DNA of 64,000 nucleotides from Nitrospirales bacterium (GTDB lineage Bacteria; Nitrospirota; Nitrospiria; Nitrospirales; UBA8639): NCBI GenBank assembly GCA_965203295.1, contig CBDBCZ010000018.1, positions 1,056,001 to 1,120,000 of the forward strand, read 5' to 3'. Shown piece by piece: positions 60,550 to 64,000 of this stretch (position 1 is its first letter; each line of letters starts with the position of its first letter). The notes under the pieces were generated by a model. It saw only the letters and a program-made list of their open reading frames with translations, ran no database searches and was not told where the DNA came from. The position numbers and the translations under genes were made by a program.

Positions 60550-61206
60550 AGTGGTTATCCCAGGATCATCCCGGGATGGACACACACTCCTACCCCCCGT
60601 CAGAGCATCTGCGGATTCCCTAGTAACTGTGACTATCCCAGGATTATCCCAGGATGGACACACACTCCTACCCCCTCTGTCAGAGTATCCGCGAGTAACT
60701 GTGACTATCCCAGGATTATCCAGGGACGGACACACACTCCTACCCCCTCTGTCAGAGTATCCGCGGATTCCCTAGTAACTGTGGCTATCCCAGGATTATC
60801 CCGGGATGGACACACACTCCTACCCCCTCTGTCAGAGTATCGCGGATTCCCTAGTAACTGTGACTATCCCAGGATTATCCCGGGATGGACACATACTCCT
60901 ACCCCCCCTGTCAGAGTATCTGCGGATTCCCTAGTAACTGTGACCATCCCAGGATCATCCCGGGACGGACACACACTTCTACCCTCTCTGTCAGAGTATC
61001 CGCGGATTCCCTAGTAACTGTGACTATCCAAGGATTATCCCGGGATGGACACACACTCCTACCCTCTCTGTCAGAGTATCTGCGGATTCCCTAGTAACTG
61101 TGACTATCCCAGGATCATCCCGGGATGGACACACACTCCTACCTCCTCTGTCAAGAGTATCCGCGGATTCCCTAGTAACTCTGGGATGGACACATACTCC
61201 TACCCT
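60550..61206 (+). repeat. 80-bp tandem array (about 8 units), left arm
   Basis: Unit GTAACTGTGACTATCCCAGGATTATCCCGGGATGGACACACACTCCTACCCCCTCTGTCAGAGTATCCGCGGATTCCCTA. Confidence 0.95.
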
Positions 61207-61473
61207 AAATTCCCGATACATGCACATTCACACTTTGTAATCTCATTCACAATAATGGCAAGTATGGTAACTACAGAGTATAATAATAGTTCTCAAAAAA
61301 TGGCTATGTATGAAAACTTGTGGCTAAAGTGTGAAAGTGCTAGTTTGATTAATAATTGCTAGTTCCTCAAGAACTATACACAAAAAGTTCCTCAAGTGTT
61401 TGGAAAATCATCCTATGCCGATTTCTCTTTTGGTATTGTGCATTATTCACTCATATTTTAAGTATTTCTTTAG

Positions 61474-62623
61474 GTATACTGGCTGGCATTTGGCCATGTG
61501 GAACAATCTGTTTACTTGGGGAACTTTTTGGCGCTGAGTCAAAATCGTAAGTTTATGCCATGGTGCACACATTCATGTGTGAAAACGAGAGCAGCACATC
61601 TAATCTCAGCAAGTGTATGATCACTGATTTTGTTCGCAGCTAGGCCACCACGTATAATAGCTATCCATAATGACTACATTATATTACATGTTATGATTGT
61701 AGATTATTAATAACATGTCGTTATCTTGAACAGGAACATTGTGTTATGACGATGGATGCCACTTAAAGAAATTATGCCAGTAACACCACAAGAAAGGATC
61801 TGACAGAGACAACCTAGACAATGGCGTCCCTCAATATTGTAGTGGATAAGATGCATTTCAAGGGCCACGTCGATACATGGTGTCACCAGAACTGCAACCC
61901 TTATCATCTAAAAGAACTCGACAAGGTAGGCAGATAATCCAATATACTAGGTGAATGCAAACATTATGGGGCAAGTGTGAGCGACCCTCACCCGTTGCAG
62001 TGTGATCGGAGCTTGCTGGTCGACAGTCTGTAGACTGGCCTGCACATTTGGTGATTAGCTCTCCTATCTCTAGCCTTCCCCTCGTGTTACAGTAGCTTGT
62101 ACTCTCGGCATTACCGAAGCCTGAATTTTCTCTCCCACTATAGCCTAGTGATAGTGCCTTTCTTGCTGCAGCCGCATAAGTGGGCAACCGTAGACCACGT
62201 GGAAACAGATTCGAATGTTATTATTACGGTACACTGTATGTGGACTGAAAATGTTGTTTTGGATCATGGATGCAAATAAGTGTACAATACACTTGCAGAC
62301 CACTCTCAATTGAACACACTATATAGTGTGGGGCTCACCCACACTCCCCCAAATGCACATGTATTGTACATAGTATGTGTCTAGTGCTTATGTTGGGTAC
62401 TTAAAGCAGCTAGTTTAAATGCTATTTTGGCTTTATGATGATGGACAGTGTGTACTCACCACATCCTGCTTGTTTCTTAAATTTTCAGGTTGACACGCAG
62501 ATATGCGAACAGACATTTTCTTGGATGTCACGCTATGCCCGCATCACACGACACATGAACAGAGAACACTTCCTGTTTTACTTGCTCTACATTTCTGACT
62601 TGCATAACCAAAAGTTACAGTAA
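61474..62623 (+). pseudogene. Spliced KDZ (Kyakuja-Dileera-Zisupton)-type transposase C-terminal remnant; exons ~61474-61608, 61734-61925, 62489-62623
   Basis: GIWPCGTICLLGELFGAESKS*VY; LCYDDGCHLKK; IVVDKMHFKGHVDTWCHQNCNPY; VDTQICEQTFSWMSRYARITRHMNREHFLFYL. Contains stops and a frameshift. Confidence 0.75.
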
Positions 62624-62687
62624 TTCTGATTAACATTTTCATTCCAATTTGTCTACATATAATACAATACTACTCAGTACATGTAAC

Positions 62688-64000
62688 CATCCTGAAATAG
62701 TCACAGTTACTAGGGAATCCGCGGATACTCTGACAGAGGGGGTAGGAGTGTGTACCCATCCCGGGATGATCCTGGGATAGTCACAGTTACTAGGGAATCT
62801 GCGGATACTCTGACAGAGGGGGTAGGAGTGTGTGTCCATCCCGGGATGATCCTGGGATAGTCACAGTTACTAGGGAATCCGCGGATACTCTGACAGAGGG
62901 GGTAGGAGTGTGTGTCCATCCCGGGATGATCCTGGGATAGTCACAGTTACTAGGGAATCTGTGGATACTCTGACAGAGGGGGTAGGAGTGTGTGTCCATC
63001 CCGGGATGATCCTGGGATAGTCACAGTTACTAGGGAATCCGCGGATACTCTGACAGAGGGGGTAGGAGTGTGTGTCCATCCCGGGATGATCCTGGGATAG
63101 TCACAGTTACTAGGGAATCTGCGGATACTCTGACAGAGGGGGTAGGAGTGTGTGCCCATCCCGGGATGATCCTGGGATAGCCACAGTTACTAGGGAATCC
63201 GCGGATACTCTGACAGAGGGGGTAGGAGTGTGTGTCCATCCCGGGATGATCCTGGGATAGTCACAGTTACTAGGGAATCCGCGGATACTCTGACAGAGGG
63301 GGTAGGAGTGTGTGTCCATCCCGGGATGATCCTTGGATAGTCACAGTTACTAGGGAATCTGCGGATACTCTGACAGAGGGGGTAGGAGTGTGTGTCCATC
63401 CCGGGATGATCCTGGGATAGTCACAGTTACTAGGGAATCCGCGGATACTCTGACAGAGGGGGTAGAAGTGTGTGTCCGTCCCGGGATAATCCTGGGATAG
63501 TCACAGTTACTAGGGAATCCGCGGATACTCTGACAGAGGGGGTAGAAGTGTGTGTCCGTCCCGGGATAATCCTGGGATAGTCACAATTACTAGGGAATCC
63601 ACGGATACTCTGACAGAGGGGGTAGGAGTGTGTGTCCGTCCCGGGATAATCCTGGGATAGTCACAGTTACTAGGGAATCTGCGGATACTCTGACAGAGGG
63701 GGTAGGAGTGTGTGTCCATCCTGGGATAATCCTGGGATAGTCACAGTTACTAGGGAATCCATGGATACTCTGTCAGGGGTGGTAGGAGAGTGTGTCCATC
63801 CCGTGGGATAGTCACAGTTACTAGGGAATCCACGGATACTCTGACAGAGGGGGTAGGAGCATGTGTCCATCCTGGGATAATCCTGGGATAGTCACAGTTA
63901 CTAGGGAATCCGCGGATACTCTGACAGAGGGGGTAGGAGTGTGTGTCCATCCTGGGATAATCCTGGGATAGTCACAGTTACTAGGGAATCCACGGATATT
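62688..64000 (-). repeat. 80-bp tandem array (16+ units, runs off the window), reverse complement of 60550-61206
   Basis: TAGGGAATCCGCGGATACTCTGACAGAGGGGGTAGGAGTGTGTGTCCATCCCGGGATGATCCTGGGATAGTCACAGTTAC with exact 80-bp spacing. Confidence 0.95.

Noticed and set aside
60550..64000. CRISPR-like array, or the many 66-69-aa ORFs in the 80-bp repeats
   Set aside because: The units are contiguous with no unique spacers and there are no cas genes. The ORFs are by-products of the 80-bp period.

Overview
Eukaryotic, intron-rich, repeat-dense DNA. The gene families and repeats point to a demosponge, which is an inference from content only. (1) 6.4-29.3 kb, minus strand: two paralogous secreted Calx-beta genes resembling sponge aggregation-factor-like proteins. 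Every junction I could read is phase 1. The larger gene has interleaved alternative 5' exons and a tandemly duplicated 3' half whose two copies are broken in complementary places. (2) 31.1-33.1 kb: an intronless, bacterial-type VioB-like ferritin-domain pseudogene abutting a decayed RT/restriction-like-endonuclease non-LTR retrotransposon. (3) 36.5-41.1 kb: a frameshifted beta-helix-repeat + Cys-rich + multi-TM receptor-like gene and a duplicated 3' fragment. (4) 46.3-51.4 kb, the most striking feature: two head-to-head, intronless, secreted 402-aa paralogs with motifs resembling Cry delta-endotoxin domain I. One of them is enclosed by inverted arrays of ~297-bp repeats. (5) 57.2-59.0 kb: a decayed RAG1-N-terminus-like ORF (Cys/His region + RING) split by a MULE-type MITE with a 9-bp TSD. 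(6) 60.5-64 kb: a spliced KDZ-type transposase remnant between inverted 80-bp tandem arrays. Many CACTG, piggyBac-like, Tc1/pogo-like and hairpin MITEs are scattered throughout. All family calls come from visual motif recognition; no searches were run.
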